Shown: positions 1-8,748 of the stretch, in pieces
Layout: the number at the start of each line of letters is the position of its first letter
Numbering within the stretch: the stretch's first letter is position 1
DNA from: Deltaproteobacteria bacterium
GTDB lineage: Bacteria > Desulfobacterota > Desulfovibrionia > Desulfovibrionales > Desulfomicrobiaceae
DNA: 64,000 bases
Assembly (NCBI GenBank): GCA_009929795.1
Contig: RZZR01000003.1
Location: forward strand, 3,747 to 67,746
Direction of reading: 5' to 3'
Position numbers and translations under genes: made by a program
Notes under the pieces: model-generated
The model's database searches: none
What the model saw: the letters and a program-made list of their open reading frames with translations, nothing else
Told to the model about the DNA's origin: nothing

Positions 1-497
1 CCTCCAACGCCCTGCGCGTCGGCCTTTCACTCCCTCAGGCCCTGGAAATCATCGCCAAGGAACTCCCTCCGCCGGTCAGCCAAGAATTCGCTCTGGCTCT
101 CAAGGAGCACCGAATGGGCAAAACCCTTGACGATGCCCTGAGCACCATGGCCGACCGAATTCCCAGCCTGGATCTGACCATGGTCGTCAACGCGGTCCTC
201 ATCCTGAGGGAGACCGGAGGAAACCTGGCCGAAACCTTTGACACCATCGTCTACACCTTTGTCGAGCGGGAAAAGGTCAAGGACAAGATCCGAACCCTGA
301 CCGCCCAGGGCCGGGTCCAGGGTATCATCCTCATGGCCATGCCCTTTGTCCTCGGCTATGCCTTGAACTGGGCCAACCCCGACTATATGCGGCCCCTCTA
401 TTCCACCCCTTTTGGCTGGATCCTGATTACCTTCATGATTCTCATGCTGACTGTCGGCGGACTGATGATCAATAAAATTGTGAACATCGACGTTTAG
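1..497 (+). CDS. tadB: Tad/Flp pilus inner-membrane platform protein, TadB-like (T2SS-F family); 5' end lies outside the window
   Basis: Frame 3 is open from the window edge (SNALRVGLSLPQALEIIAKELPPPVSQEF...) into listed ORF 114..497. It has a GspF/T2SS-F type helical region followed by two C-terminal TM helices (GIILMAMPFVLGYAL; WILITFMILMLTVGGLMI). It is clustered with flp, tadC and a CpaF-type ATPase. Confidence 0.8.
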   Translation, partial: SNALRVGLSLPQALEIIAKELPPPVSQEFALALKEHRMGKTLDDALSTMADRIPSLDLTMVVNAVLILRETGGNLAETFDTIVYTFVEREKVKDKIRTLTAQGRVQGIILMAMPFVLGYALNWANPDYMRPLYSTPFGWILITFMILMLTVGGLMINKIVNIDV

Positions 498-508
498 GAG
501 AACATCCC

Positions 509-895
509 ATGAAAACTCTTGCATTGAGATTGCTCGTCTGTTCGGTTCTTCTGTCCCTGTTGGCCTGCGCCAAGACTCCACCTGCCCCTCCGGAGGATCC
601 ATATCGATGGATCGCCGCCGAAGGAGCTTGGTATGGCGAAATGTTTCACGGCCGGAAGACCGCCAGCGGCGAGGTCTTTGACATGCGCCTCTCCACCGGG
701 GCCCATTCCGAACTCGCCCTTGGAACCGTGGTCGAAGTCAAGAATCCCCAAAACAACACAATTGTCAGGGTCACCATCAACGACCGCGCCAACGAGGACC
801 GCGGTGTCGATCTGCTCCTGAGCAAGGCCGCCGCCGAAAAACTCGGCCTAGTCCGGGAAAGACGGTTCCAGGTCGAATACCGCCTGGCTCGCTGA
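509..895 (+). CDS. rlpA: RlpA-like lipoprotein (double-psi beta-barrel, rare lipoprotein A / septal lytic transglycosylase family)
   Basis: Signal peptide with lipobox LLAC. The core WYGEMFHGRKTASGEVFDMRLSTGAHSELALGTVVEVKN...VRVTINDR fits the RlpA DPBB signature. GGAG lies upstream of the ATG. Confidence 0.75.
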   Translation: MKTLALRLLVCSVLLSLLACAKTPPAPPEDPYRWIAAEGAWYGEMFHGRKTASGEVFDMRLSTGAHSELALGTVVEVKNPQNNTIVRVTINDRANEDRGVDLLLSKAAAEKLGLVRERRFQVEYRLAR

Positions 896-897
896 CC

Positions 898-1092
898 ATG
901 GGCATGTCCGGGCTTTTTTTCAGTGCTCTAAACCGATTCAAAAGAGGGGTATCGGGCCAGACGACCACCGAATACATGCTCGTCATCGGAGTTTTGGTCC
1001 TGGCCTTGGTATTCGCTTACTGGTTCATCGCTCCGGGCCTGCGGGACGGCTTCGTGGAACTGGCCGAAAAGATCACGGCCCAAAAGCCATGA
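898..1092 (+). CDS. flp: Flp/Fap-family type IVb pilin precursor
   Basis: 64 aa. A basic leader ends in G, then QTTTEYMLVIGVLVLALVF, which is the Flp motif (G/XXXXEY followed by a hydrophobic helix). It lies between tadB and tadC. Confidence 0.7.
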   Translation: MGMSGLFFSALNRFKRGVSGQTTTEYMLVIGVLVLALVFAYWFIAPGLRDGFVELAEKITAQKP

Positions 1093-1134
1093 TGGCCCAC
1101 ACTCAAGAGCAGAGAATCTGATTGGAGTAACCCA

Positions 1135-2022
1135 ATGAGTTCCTTGATTTTACTAGGTATACTGGTGTTGATCTGCGTGGCCGGGTACATTTTTACGGCC
1201 CAGTTTTTTGCCCGGGAAGGGGACGTGGACCGTTTGGAGGTCCTGGGAGTAAAGGATGGACGCAAGGAAACCAAATCTCTGCTCCTGCGCCTGAGTAGAC
1301 CGTTCCTTCCGCACCTGATGCACGTCACCCAGAACCTGGCCATGCCCGAGTGGCGCCGTAAACGTCAACGACAACTACTTGCAGCAGGCATGTCCGATGA
1401 AATCACCATCGAGGAACTTTTGGCCTACAAGGCCTTCATGGCCCTGGTCGCCCTAATTTTGTTGGCTGTTTTCAAGCCCGATACATCCTGGTGGGTTTTC
1501 GTGATCGTGCCGCTCATCGGGTTTTTCTTCCCCGACCAATGGCTGGCCGACCGGGTCAAGCGACGAGGCAAGGCCATATCCAGGGCACTTCCGGACGTCG
1601 TGGACATGCTGGCTCTGTCCGTTGAGGCCGGGCTGGATTTCGTGGCCGCCATGAACAAGGTCGTGAAGAAGTCCCGGCCGGGGCCTCTGATCGACGAACT
1701 GGCCCAATCCCTTGCAGAAATGCGTGTCGGTTCGAGCCGGGCCGATGCCCTGCGAAACATGGCCTTCCGCTGCAATCTCCGGGAGCTGAACTCGTTTGTT
1801 TCCCTTCTTGTCCAGGCCGACAAACTCGGCGTTTCCATTGGCAAGGTGCTGAGAAACCAGAGCGAACGCATGCGCATGGAGCGATTCCAGAAGGCGGAAC
1901 GTCTCGGGGCCGAGGCCTCCCAAAAAATCCTCTTTCCCCTGGTTCTCTGCATCATGCCCGCGGTCTTCATCGTCTTCTTCGGCCCCTTGGTCATCCGGTT
2001 CCTGACCGGGGGATTGTTTTGA
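1135..2022 (+). CDS. tadC: Tad/Flp pilus inner-membrane platform protein, TadC-like (T2SS-F family)
   Basis: 295 aa. It has an N-terminal TM helix, a T2SS-F domain (LPDVVDMLALSVEAGLDFVAAMNKV...SSRADALRNM) and C-terminal TM helices. RBS GGAG lies upstream of the ATG at 1135. Confidence 0.8.
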   Translation: MSSLILLGILVLICVAGYIFTAQFFAREGDVDRLEVLGVKDGRKETKSLLLRLSRPFLPHLMHVTQNLAMPEWRRKRQRQLLAAGMSDEITIEELLAYKAFMALVALILLAVFKPDTSWWVFVIVPLIGFFFPDQWLADRVKRRGKAISRALPDVVDMLALSVEAGLDFVAAMNKVVKKSRPGPLIDELAQSLAEMRVGSSRADALRNMAFRCNLRELNSFVSLLVQADKLGVSIGKVLRNQSERMRMERFQKAERLGAEASQKILFPLVLCIMPAVFIVFFGPLVIRFLTGGLF

Positions 2023-2061
2023 CTTTCAGGCCCAAACGGATAGGCTGACTTCGCAAGGTTC

Positions 2062-2442
2062 ATGACTCCGACGGAAATACAAAGGGGTGCCTCGTTTGCC
2101 TGCTACCTGACCGACTCGGGAAAAGCACTCGCCTTGAATATCCAAAGGGCGGACACTTTGTTCGCTCGGATGCGTGGCCTGCTCGGAGCTCCAAAACAAG
2201 CCAATGGCCAAGGCCTCTGGATCGTGCCCTGCAAGCAAGTGCACACGGCCTTCATGCCTTATGATCTGGACGTGGTCTTTCTCGACCGTGAACACATAGT
2301 CGTGGGTTTCGTTTCCCGACTGCGACCTTGGCGCTTGAGTCCGTTCTTTCTTGGCGCCCACAGCGCCCTAGAACTGCCGGGGGGCTCTGTCGAACGCATG
2401 AACCCCGGACAGCGACTGACTTTTGCCCGGAACAAGGATTGA
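2062..2442 (+). CDS. DUF192-family protein
   Basis: 126 aa. RGLLG...GLWIVPCKQVHTAFMPYDLDVVFLD...ALELPGG resembles the DUF192 (COG1430) pattern. Assigned from memory of the family only. Confidence 0.55.
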   Translation: MTPTEIQRGASFACYLTDSGKALALNIQRADTLFARMRGLLGAPKQANGQGLWIVPCKQVHTAFMPYDLDVVFLDREHIVVGFVSRLRPWRLSPFFLGAHSALELPGGSVERMNPGQRLTFARNKD

Positions 2443-3942
2443 ATGGTGAGCTCATTCTCCCTGGAAATTCTCACAGGCCCACGCAAGGGGAAAATTGTCT
2501 CCCTGACCTCCAAAGCCCAGATTCTGGGACGAGGAGAGGCCGCCGACATCGTCGTTGACGACCATGAAGTCTCTCGACGCCATTGCCAGATATCCGCCTC
2601 CGAGGACGGGGGGAAACTCTCGGATCTGGGAAGCGCCAATGGTGTTTTCGTCAACAACCGGATGATCGAAACGGCCAGCCTGCAGGACGGAGACCTCATC
2701 AGAATTGGAACAACGGAACTTCGGTTCATCTCCATCGAGGCTCCCAATTCCGGCCCTGAGACCACTCCGAAAGGAATGCCGGAAACCGTTCTGACTCGTA
2801 TCGCCGGGCTCAAATGGTCTACCCTGGTACTGCTCGTCATGCTGGCCGCCGGTCTTCTCTGGCACCTTTTGGCCTCCTGGCCGTTGATCGTCGCCCAGCG
2901 CCAGGTCGTGGCCAACGAGGCCCTGCGGCGGGCCCAGGCGCTGGTCTCGGCCTTGGCGGCCCAAAACCAGGAAGCCCTCCGTCTCGGCGACGAAATGCTT
3001 CTGGTGACCGAGGACGTGACCAGACACGACGGCGTGGTCCAAGCCATGATATACGACAACCAGGGCCGAATCCTTGCTCCCCTGGCCAACTTTCACGAGA
3101 GACACACCGACTCCGACACGCTTCGAGCCCTTGGGGCTGAAGCTCCGATCATGTTCGAGCGGTCGCGAGGTGTTTACGACCTGGCCGAACCCATTCGCAT
3201 CTACAACGCCCAGACAGGGCAATTTGAAAAATTCGGCACGGCCCGGATTCTCTTCTCCATCCAGACCGTCCTTGATCTCGAGGCAGGACCCAAAAGATGG
3301 GCCTGGATCAGTTTCATCGTCCTTCTGATGACCGCCTTCCTTCTGGCCAAGCTGATCGGGCTGCTCACATCCCGCTCGGTTACAACCCTGCGCGACGATC
3401 TCGAGGCCGTACTCAAGGGGGATAGGGCCGATCTCGGCCGAGAATATGGACTGACCGCCCTGGACAGATTGGCGGCCAGCATAGAACGCTGTCTCGTCAA
3501 ACTTTCGGCATCCCCCGTCCCCGCTGCCTGGAATTTCCCAGCCGGAGGAGGCGAAACTCCACAAGACAAAGGACTCCTGCCTCCTGAACTTCTGGCCGAA
3601 ACGGTAAACGAAGCCGTGCTCGTGGCCGATGCCCACAATGAAATCCTGCTGGTCAACGCGGCCTTTGAAAATCTCATGGGTCTCAAGCGCCAGGGACTCA
3701 TCGGTCGACACTTCTTCGAGGCCTTTACCGACCAAAAAATCCTAAACAAAGTCCTCAAACTCGTGCAGGAAGCCACGTCGTCTCAGGAAAACCGGGCCGT
3801 TGGACGCGTCGATGACGGGACCAGATTCTTCTCGATTCAGATCGCCGTCCAGGCCGGGCACTCCGGAACAGAGGGTGACTATCAATATCTCGTCATCGTC
3901 CTGGAACTTCAAACGCATGGAGCCGACCATGTCGGGGACTGA
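2443..3942 (+). CDS. FHA-domain membrane protein with two TM helices, HAMP and PAS domains, no recognisable output domain
   Basis: N-terminal FHA (ILGRGEAADIVVDDHEVSRRHCQI...LSDLGSANGVFVNNRMI...GDLIRIGTTELRF). TM helices are WSTLVLLVMLAAGLLWHLL and WAWISFIVLLMTAFLLAKLIGLL. These are followed by a HAMP-like segment and a PAS-like segment (VLVADAHNEILLVNAAFENLMGLKRQGLIGRHFFEAF). Confidence 0.75.
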   Translation: MVSSFSLEILTGPRKGKIVSLTSKAQILGRGEAADIVVDDHEVSRRHCQISASEDGGKLSDLGSANGVFVNNRMIETASLQDGDLIRIGTTELRFISIEAPNSGPETTPKGMPETVLTRIAGLKWSTLVLLVMLAAGLLWHLLASWPLIVAQRQVVANEALRRAQALVSALAAQNQEALRLGDEMLLVTEDVTRHDGVVQAMIYDNQGRILAPLANFHERHTDSDTLRALGAEAPIMFERSRGVYDLAEPIRIYNAQTGQFEKFGTARILFSIQTVLDLEAGPKRWAWISFIVLLMTAFLLAKLIGLLTSRSVTTLRDDLEAVLKGDRADLGREYGLTALDRLAASIERCLVKLSASPVPAAWNFPAGGGETPQDKGLLPPELLAETVNEAVLVADAHNEILLVNAAFENLMGLKRQGLIGRHFFEAFTDQKILNKVLKLVQEATSSQENRAVGRVDDGTRFFSIQIAVQAGHSGTEGDYQYLVIVLELQTHGADHVGD

Positions 3943-4912
3943 ACACTCCCCCTGCTCTCCGAAACTCTCCGTCACTCAGGCTGACGGCCGAAAGATGGAA
4001 CATGTTTTGTCCGCGGACTCCGTTCTTGTCGGCCGGGCCCAGGAATGCGATTTGACCCTCGACGATCCAGGGGTCTCCCGGCGCCACGCCCGCATCCGAA
4101 AGACACCGAACGGCTGGCAGGCCGAGGACCTCGAATCAGCCAACGGGCTCATGGTCAACGGCCGAAAAATCAAATCCATCCTACTAGCGCCCGGCGATGT
4201 CCTGTCCCTGGGGACTTCCAGCCTCGTCTTCCTCCTGCCCGAGGCCCCCGGATCCGACCCCGACAAGACCGTTTTCCGCAAGGTCGAGCCCCCTCCCATC
4301 CCCGAATCTCCAAAATCCTCGCACGGCCAAAAGCCCACCCGTATCCGCAATCCGAGGCGCATGGTTCTTCTCGGCGCCGTTTTGGTCCTCTTTACCGTCA
4401 TCGTTGCATCGTTTTTGGGTTCGAACCCGGCCGTGGATCCGAATCAATCCGCGCCAGCGTCCTCGAACTTGGCCGAACCAGCCGTCCCGGAACCGGCCCC
4501 ACTTTCGCCTGCAATGGTCAGGCAGGAGCCCAAACCCGAGTCGAGCCAAAATCCGACCCTGGAGGAGTCCACTTCCAACGCTCTTGCGGAGGCAGCCATC
4601 CTTGCCCAGGCCGCTCAGGTATCCTACGACACGGGCAAGCTACCCGACGCCGTCATGGAATGGCGAAAGGCCGTGGCCCTGGACCCTCAGAATCCCATCT
4701 ACAGGGTCAAGCTCGAAACCGCCGAGGCCCAGCTGACCGCCAAGGCCGAGGAAGCCTACAGCCGAGGGGCCAAGAACTATCAATTTCTGAAATATGACGA
4801 GGCCGTCAGGGATTGGAATCAGGTTCTCCACCTGATACCCGATCCCGAACATCCCCTGCACCAGAATGCCAAAAAGAACCTGGAACAGGCTCAGGCCCAG
4901 ATGCAGAGATAG
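3917..4912 (+). CDS. FHA-domain protein, single TM helix, Pro-rich linkers, C-terminal TPR-like region
   Basis: FHA motif VLVGRAQECDLTLDDPGVSRRHARI...AEDLESANGLMVNGRKI...GDVLSLGTSSLVF. TM helix MVLLGAVLVLFTVIVASFLG. C-terminal TPR-like helices. The listed ORF starts at 3800 but overlaps the previous gene. ATGs at 3917 and 3929 keep the first FHA strand (KLSVTQADGRKMEHVL). The start is ambiguous (3917, 3929 or 3995). Confidence 0.7.
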   Translation: MEPTMSGTEHSPCSPKLSVTQADGRKMEHVLSADSVLVGRAQECDLTLDDPGVSRRHARIRKTPNGWQAEDLESANGLMVNGRKIKSILLAPGDVLSLGTSSLVFLLPEAPGSDPDKTVFRKVEPPPIPESPKSSHGQKPTRIRNPRRMVLLGAVLVLFTVIVASFLGSNPAVDPNQSAPASSNLAEPAVPEPAPLSPAMVRQEPKPESSQNPTLEESTSNALAEAAILAQAAQVSYDTGKLPDAVMEWRKAVALDPQNPIYRVKLETAEAQLTAKAEEAYSRGAKNYQFLKYDEAVRDWNQVLHLIPDPEHPLHQNAKKNLEQAQAQMQR

Positions 4913-4921
4913 GAGAAGGTT

Positions 4922-6382
4922 GTGCTTTTACTCACTGTTTTCAAGGACGGTCGACGGATCATGGAACGAAAACTCCCTCCGGGGGAGTACGTGCTCGGTC
5001 GCCAGAGTGACTGCGACATCATTCTCGAAGACCGGCAAGTGTCGCGTCGCCACGCCCGAATGACCGCCTTTGAAGACAGGGCGACCATCGAAGACCTGGG
5101 ATCGGTCAACCGCCTGATCCAAGAAGGCAAGGAGTCTGGATCGGCTACCTTGGACCCGGGACATCCGGTGATCATCCGTCCATTCACCTTGACCGTCGAA
5201 GCCCAAATCAAGACGGAAAGGGTCGAAGCGGACAAAACCATCATCCTCGGATCCCGTGAAACAGCCGGTATCGACCCTCCCACGGTGATTCTCAAACCTA
5301 ATGCTCCGTCGAACGACCCACAACCTCTCATCGGTTCCCCGTTCTCGAAGCTTGGACCTCTGGGCGAAAAGCGGACCCTCCTCTATACCCTGGCGGGCCT
5401 GGCGGCCGTCGCGGTCGGGATGATGCTCGTATTCGGCGCCGGGGACGGCTCCGACGGCAGCCCTTCCAAAACGGTCGACATGACCCGACCCACCCAGGAA
5501 AAAGAACTGAGCCAGGTCGAGAGGATGGCCGCCATCAATCTGGTCAAGGGGAAACAGGCCCTGGAGTCAGGAAGGCTTGAGGAGGCCGCCGATCTTCTGC
5601 ACCGGGCGGCCGTGGCCGCTCCCGGGAACGAGGAAATCGCCAACCTACTGGCCCAGGTCCAAGATCTTCTTGAGACCAAGAGGAACGAGCGGGAACGGCT
5701 TCAACGAGAGCAGGCGGTCATGGCCGAAGAAACCGGGCGCCTCATGTCCCTGGCCGCCGCAGCCATAAATGACCAAAATTTCGACCAGGCCGAGGCCCTG
5801 GCCCTGGAGGTCCTGGAACTCGACCCGAGTCACCAGCAGGCACAGGATCTGGCCCGATTTGCGGCCGAGTCCCGTCAAGAGGCGGCGGAAACTCTCCAGA
5901 CCATGGAGCGGTCTCTGTCCGAGGCTTTGAGTCGGGGCCGGGAGCTAAAAGCCGATGGGAAGCCCGTCGAGGCCGTCTCGGTCTGGGAGGAGGCTCGACT
6001 GCTCGATCCCGGCCTGAGGTCTGAACTCACCGAAAAAATCCAGGAACTGATTGACGGCACCAGGGCTGAACAGCGCAAGCTGGCCCTTCCCCGGGTGGAC
6101 AAGGCCAAAAACCTGCTCAAGAGCGATCCCCGCCAGGCCTTCAAGGAACTTCGTGAGGTATTGACGACCGATCCCTGGAACACAGAGGCCGGGGAACTGA
6201 TGGAAAAGGTATTGGCCCGCCTCAATTCCGAGGCCAAAAAACTCTTCGATCAAGGCCTGGTTCTAGAAAGCCTGGGTGAACGCCGCAAGGCCTGCGCCAA
6301 ATGGGCCGAGGCCCTGAAATCGGCTCCTGAAGATGGAGAACTCCATCGACAGATCGAAGCTAAGGGGTCGATGTGCGACTGA
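4922..6382 (+). CDS. FHA-domain protein, single TM helix, long periplasmic TPR/coiled-coil region
   Basis: GTG start preceded by AGGAGAAGG. FHA motif YVLGRQSDCDIILEDRQVSRRHARM...IEDLGSVNRLI. TM helix LLYTLAGLAAVAVGMMLVFGAG. The C-terminal half is Ala/Glu/Leu-rich and TPR-like. Confidence 0.7.
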   Translation: MLLLTVFKDGRRIMERKLPPGEYVLGRQSDCDIILEDRQVSRRHARMTAFEDRATIEDLGSVNRLIQEGKESGSATLDPGHPVIIRPFTLTVEAQIKTERVEADKTIILGSRETAGIDPPTVILKPNAPSNDPQPLIGSPFSKLGPLGEKRTLLYTLAGLAAVAVGMMLVFGAGDGSDGSPSKTVDMTRPTQEKELSQVERMAAINLVKGKQALESGRLEEAADLLHRAAVAAPGNEEIANLLAQVQDLLETKRNERERLQREQAVMAEETGRLMSLAAAAINDQNFDQAEALALEVLELDPSHQQAQDLARFAAESRQEAAETLQTMERSLSEALSRGRELKADGKPVEAVSVWEEARLLDPGLRSELTEKIQELIDGTRAEQRKLALPRVDKAKNLLKSDPRQAFKELREVLTTDPWNTEAGELMEKVLARLNSEAKKLFDQGLVLESLGERRKACAKWAEALKSAPEDGELHRQIEAKGSMCD

Positions 6383-7581
6383 TCGTGAAGGGTTCGGTCG
6401 GCCTCTGGCCGGCGGCTCTGCTTTTGCTTCTCCTGCCCCTGGGCTGCCAATGGCATCGCCCCCAGGATTCATCAGGTCCAGACGTCTTTCCGTCCGATCT
6501 GACCCAGGCCACTTCCGAACAGGCCCTCCTGGCCATGTGGTCCTTCTGTCCCTGGCGACTGGGCTCGGCTTGTCCGGCCTTCACCTCCAACGCAGCCGTC
6601 CCGCAGGCCGATGCTCGCTGGAAGGCCCTGGCCATCGAATGCCGAGCCTTGCAGATCATGATCGCCCGCAATCTGCGCCGGGAGAATCCCCCCTTCGATC
6701 TCGACGGACTCACCCGTCAGGCCAGGACCGTTTTGGACGAAAATCCCCGTTCCCTGGAATCCAAACGGGCCTTGGCCCTGGCCCTCATGCTCAATGACCG
6801 AGTTACCGAGGCGGCGGGCCTCCTTCAATCGGCACTCAACGACGATCGGAATAATCCCTACACCCTCCTGACCCAGGCCGTCCTGGTCCGAAAGGATCCG
6901 GTTCAGGCCGAGGCCTTGCTGCGTCGGGCCGAAGCCCAGGCCCCAAATCTTCCCGCCCTTTGGCTGGTCCGGGCCTGGCAAGCCGAGGAGAGAAACGATC
7001 CGGAACTGGCCGAACGTGCCTATCGCCGAGCATTGACTCACGATCCGCGAAATACGGCCGTCATGATCGGTCTAGGTCGGTTGGAGATGGACAACGTCGA
7101 CACCCAGGCCATAGCCGCCGAGCGCTTTGCCCAAGTCCTGGCCCTGAACCCCGGGGACGAGGTCGCCATGTTCAACCTAGCTCTAATCCGCCTACGGGAA
7201 GGTCATCCCGACCAGACCCGGGGGCACGTCCAGCGCCTGCTGGAACTCCATCCCAAAGACCCCATGGCCTGGGAACTACAGGGCCTTGCCCAGCGGGCCA
7301 CAGGGGCCTACCTCGACGCAGCCCATTCTTTTCGCATGGCCATATCTCTTGATCCCGCTCTGGCCGGTCCTTTTTTCAACCTTGGAGTCCTCTGCGCCGT
7401 CCATCTGATGGACATCTCCTGCGCCAGGGACTCCTTCTCCTCTTTTCTCAACCTGGAGCCTCAGGGGGCTCGGGCCGACCAGGTGCGTGCCTGGCTCCTG
7501 GACCACCAGGACCCTAAACCCCTCGAATCCCCTGTCCATTTGCCGTTGTCTCCTTTGCCCACGGCAGACTCTTCGCAATGA
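6373..7581 (+). CDS. TPR-repeat lipoprotein (TadD-like candidate)
   Basis: GTG start overlapping the previous gene by 10 nt. Signal peptide with lipobox LLLLLLPLGC. Multiple TPR-type repeats (AERAYRRALTHDPRNTAVMIGLG..., FAQVLALNPGDEVAMFNLA...). Confidence 0.65.
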   Translation: MRLIVKGSVGLWPAALLLLLLPLGCQWHRPQDSSGPDVFPSDLTQATSEQALLAMWSFCPWRLGSACPAFTSNAAVPQADARWKALAIECRALQIMIARNLRRENPPFDLDGLTRQARTVLDENPRSLESKRALALALMLNDRVTEAAGLLQSALNDDRNNPYTLLTQAVLVRKDPVQAEALLRRAEAQAPNLPALWLVRAWQAEERNDPELAERAYRRALTHDPRNTAVMIGLGRLEMDNVDTQAIAAERFAQVLALNPGDEVAMFNLALIRLREGHPDQTRGHVQRLLELHPKDPMAWELQGLAQRATGAYLDAAHSFRMAISLDPALAGPFFNLGVLCAVHLMDISCARDSFSSFLNLEPQGARADQVRAWLLDHQDPKPLESPVHLPLSPLPTADSSQ

Positions 7582-7605
7582 CCATTTGAACTCCGAGGAG
7601 GCACC

Positions 7606-8703
7606 ATGAGCCAAGACATGTTCTCCCAGACCGTTCTGCAATTTCTCGGTCCGGTTCAGGATTTTCTCCTGGACGAAGGCGTCAGCGAGATCATGATCAA
7701 CGGGCCGCGGGAAATCTATATCGAACAGCGTGGCAGGCTCGTCCTGACCGATCGACACTTTTCCTCGTCCGAAAGCCTTCTGGCCGCCATCCGCAACGTC
7801 GGTCAGTTCGTCGGAAGAACCATCGACGAAACAAAGCCCTACATGGATGCCCGTCTGCCCGACGGCTCCCGGGTCCACGCCATGATCCCCCCCATTGCAA
7901 GACGGGGCCCCTACATGGCCATTCGGCGCTTTTCCAAAAACATGTTGACCGTCGACGACCTCATCGAAAAAGGCAGTCTGACCGCCGAAGCGGCCCTGTT
8001 TCTCAAGGCCTGCGTGAGAATCAAGAAAAACGTCGTCGTTTCCGGGGGCACGGGAAGCGGCAAGACCACCCTGCTGAACATTATCTCGGAATTCGTCCCG
8101 GGTCATGAGCGGATCATCGTCATCGAGGACGCCAGCGAACTCCAGCTCCGCCAAGCCCATGTCCTTCCCATGGAAACCCAGAAGGCCGACAAGAAGGGGC
8201 GTACCGAGGTCGGCATCCGTGAACTGGTGGCCTGCTCCCTGAGGCTGCGACCGGACCGAATCATCGTCGGCGAATGCCGGGGAGGAGAGGCTTTGGATAT
8301 GCTTCAGGCAATGAATACAGGCCACTCCGGCAGCATGACCACTCTGCACGCCAACTCAAGCCGGGATGCCCTGAGCCGTCTGGAAACCATGGCGATGATG
8401 TCCGGGGTGAACATGCCTCTGAACGCCGTTCGAGGCCAAGTGGCTTCGGCCATCGACATCATCGTCCAGATCTCCCGTTTTCCGGACGGTTCTCGGAGAA
8501 TGACCGAAATCACCGAGGTTCTCGAATTGGATTCCGAGGGTCGCTATCAATCGGCTCCGTTGTTTGTTTTCAATCTCCAGGGCAAGGACGACGAAAACCG
8601 GATCGTCGGAAATATGCGCTCCACGGGCAGCAAACCGACATTTGTCAAGGAATTGCAATTGTGCGATGTTGAATTGCCACAGGGGATATTCGACGGGCTA
8701 TAG
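7606..8703 (+). CDS. cpaF: CpaF/TadA-family type II/IV secretion ATPase (short, core-only form)
   Basis: Walker A VSGGTGSGKTTLLN, Walker B/Asp box RIIVIEDASEL, His box GHSGSMTTLHAN, plus RPDRIIVGECRG. RBS GGAGG lies upstream of the ATG. At 365 aa it starts directly at the VSEIMINGP N2 region. Confidence 0.85.
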   Translation: MSQDMFSQTVLQFLGPVQDFLLDEGVSEIMINGPREIYIEQRGRLVLTDRHFSSSESLLAAIRNVGQFVGRTIDETKPYMDARLPDGSRVHAMIPPIARRGPYMAIRRFSKNMLTVDDLIEKGSLTAEAALFLKACVRIKKNVVVSGGTGSGKTTLLNIISEFVPGHERIIVIEDASELQLRQAHVLPMETQKADKKGRTEVGIRELVACSLRLRPDRIIVGECRGGEALDMLQAMNTGHSGSMTTLHANSSRDALSRLETMAMMSGVNMPLNAVRGQVASAIDIIVQISRFPDGSRRMTEITEVLELDSEGRYQSAPLFVFNLQGKDDENRIVGNMRSTGSKPTFVKELQLCDVELPQGIFDGL

Positions 8704-8748
8704 CCTTTTGTCCTCGCGCTCGATTCAATTTTCGGTGGGACAGCCAAC

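Noticed and set aside
3800-3916. N-terminal extensions of listed ORFs. Examples: 3800 for the second FHA gene, 27380 for flxC, 24308 for the membrane HdrC, 44527 for FapA, 43173 for motA, 16456 for qrcB, 17001 for qrcA, 12228 for the Cys-rich ORF and 53452 for pgm.
   Set aside because: The extensions overlap the preceding gene, have non-coding-like amino-acid composition, and have internal starts with good RBS or stop-start overlaps that match family N-termini.
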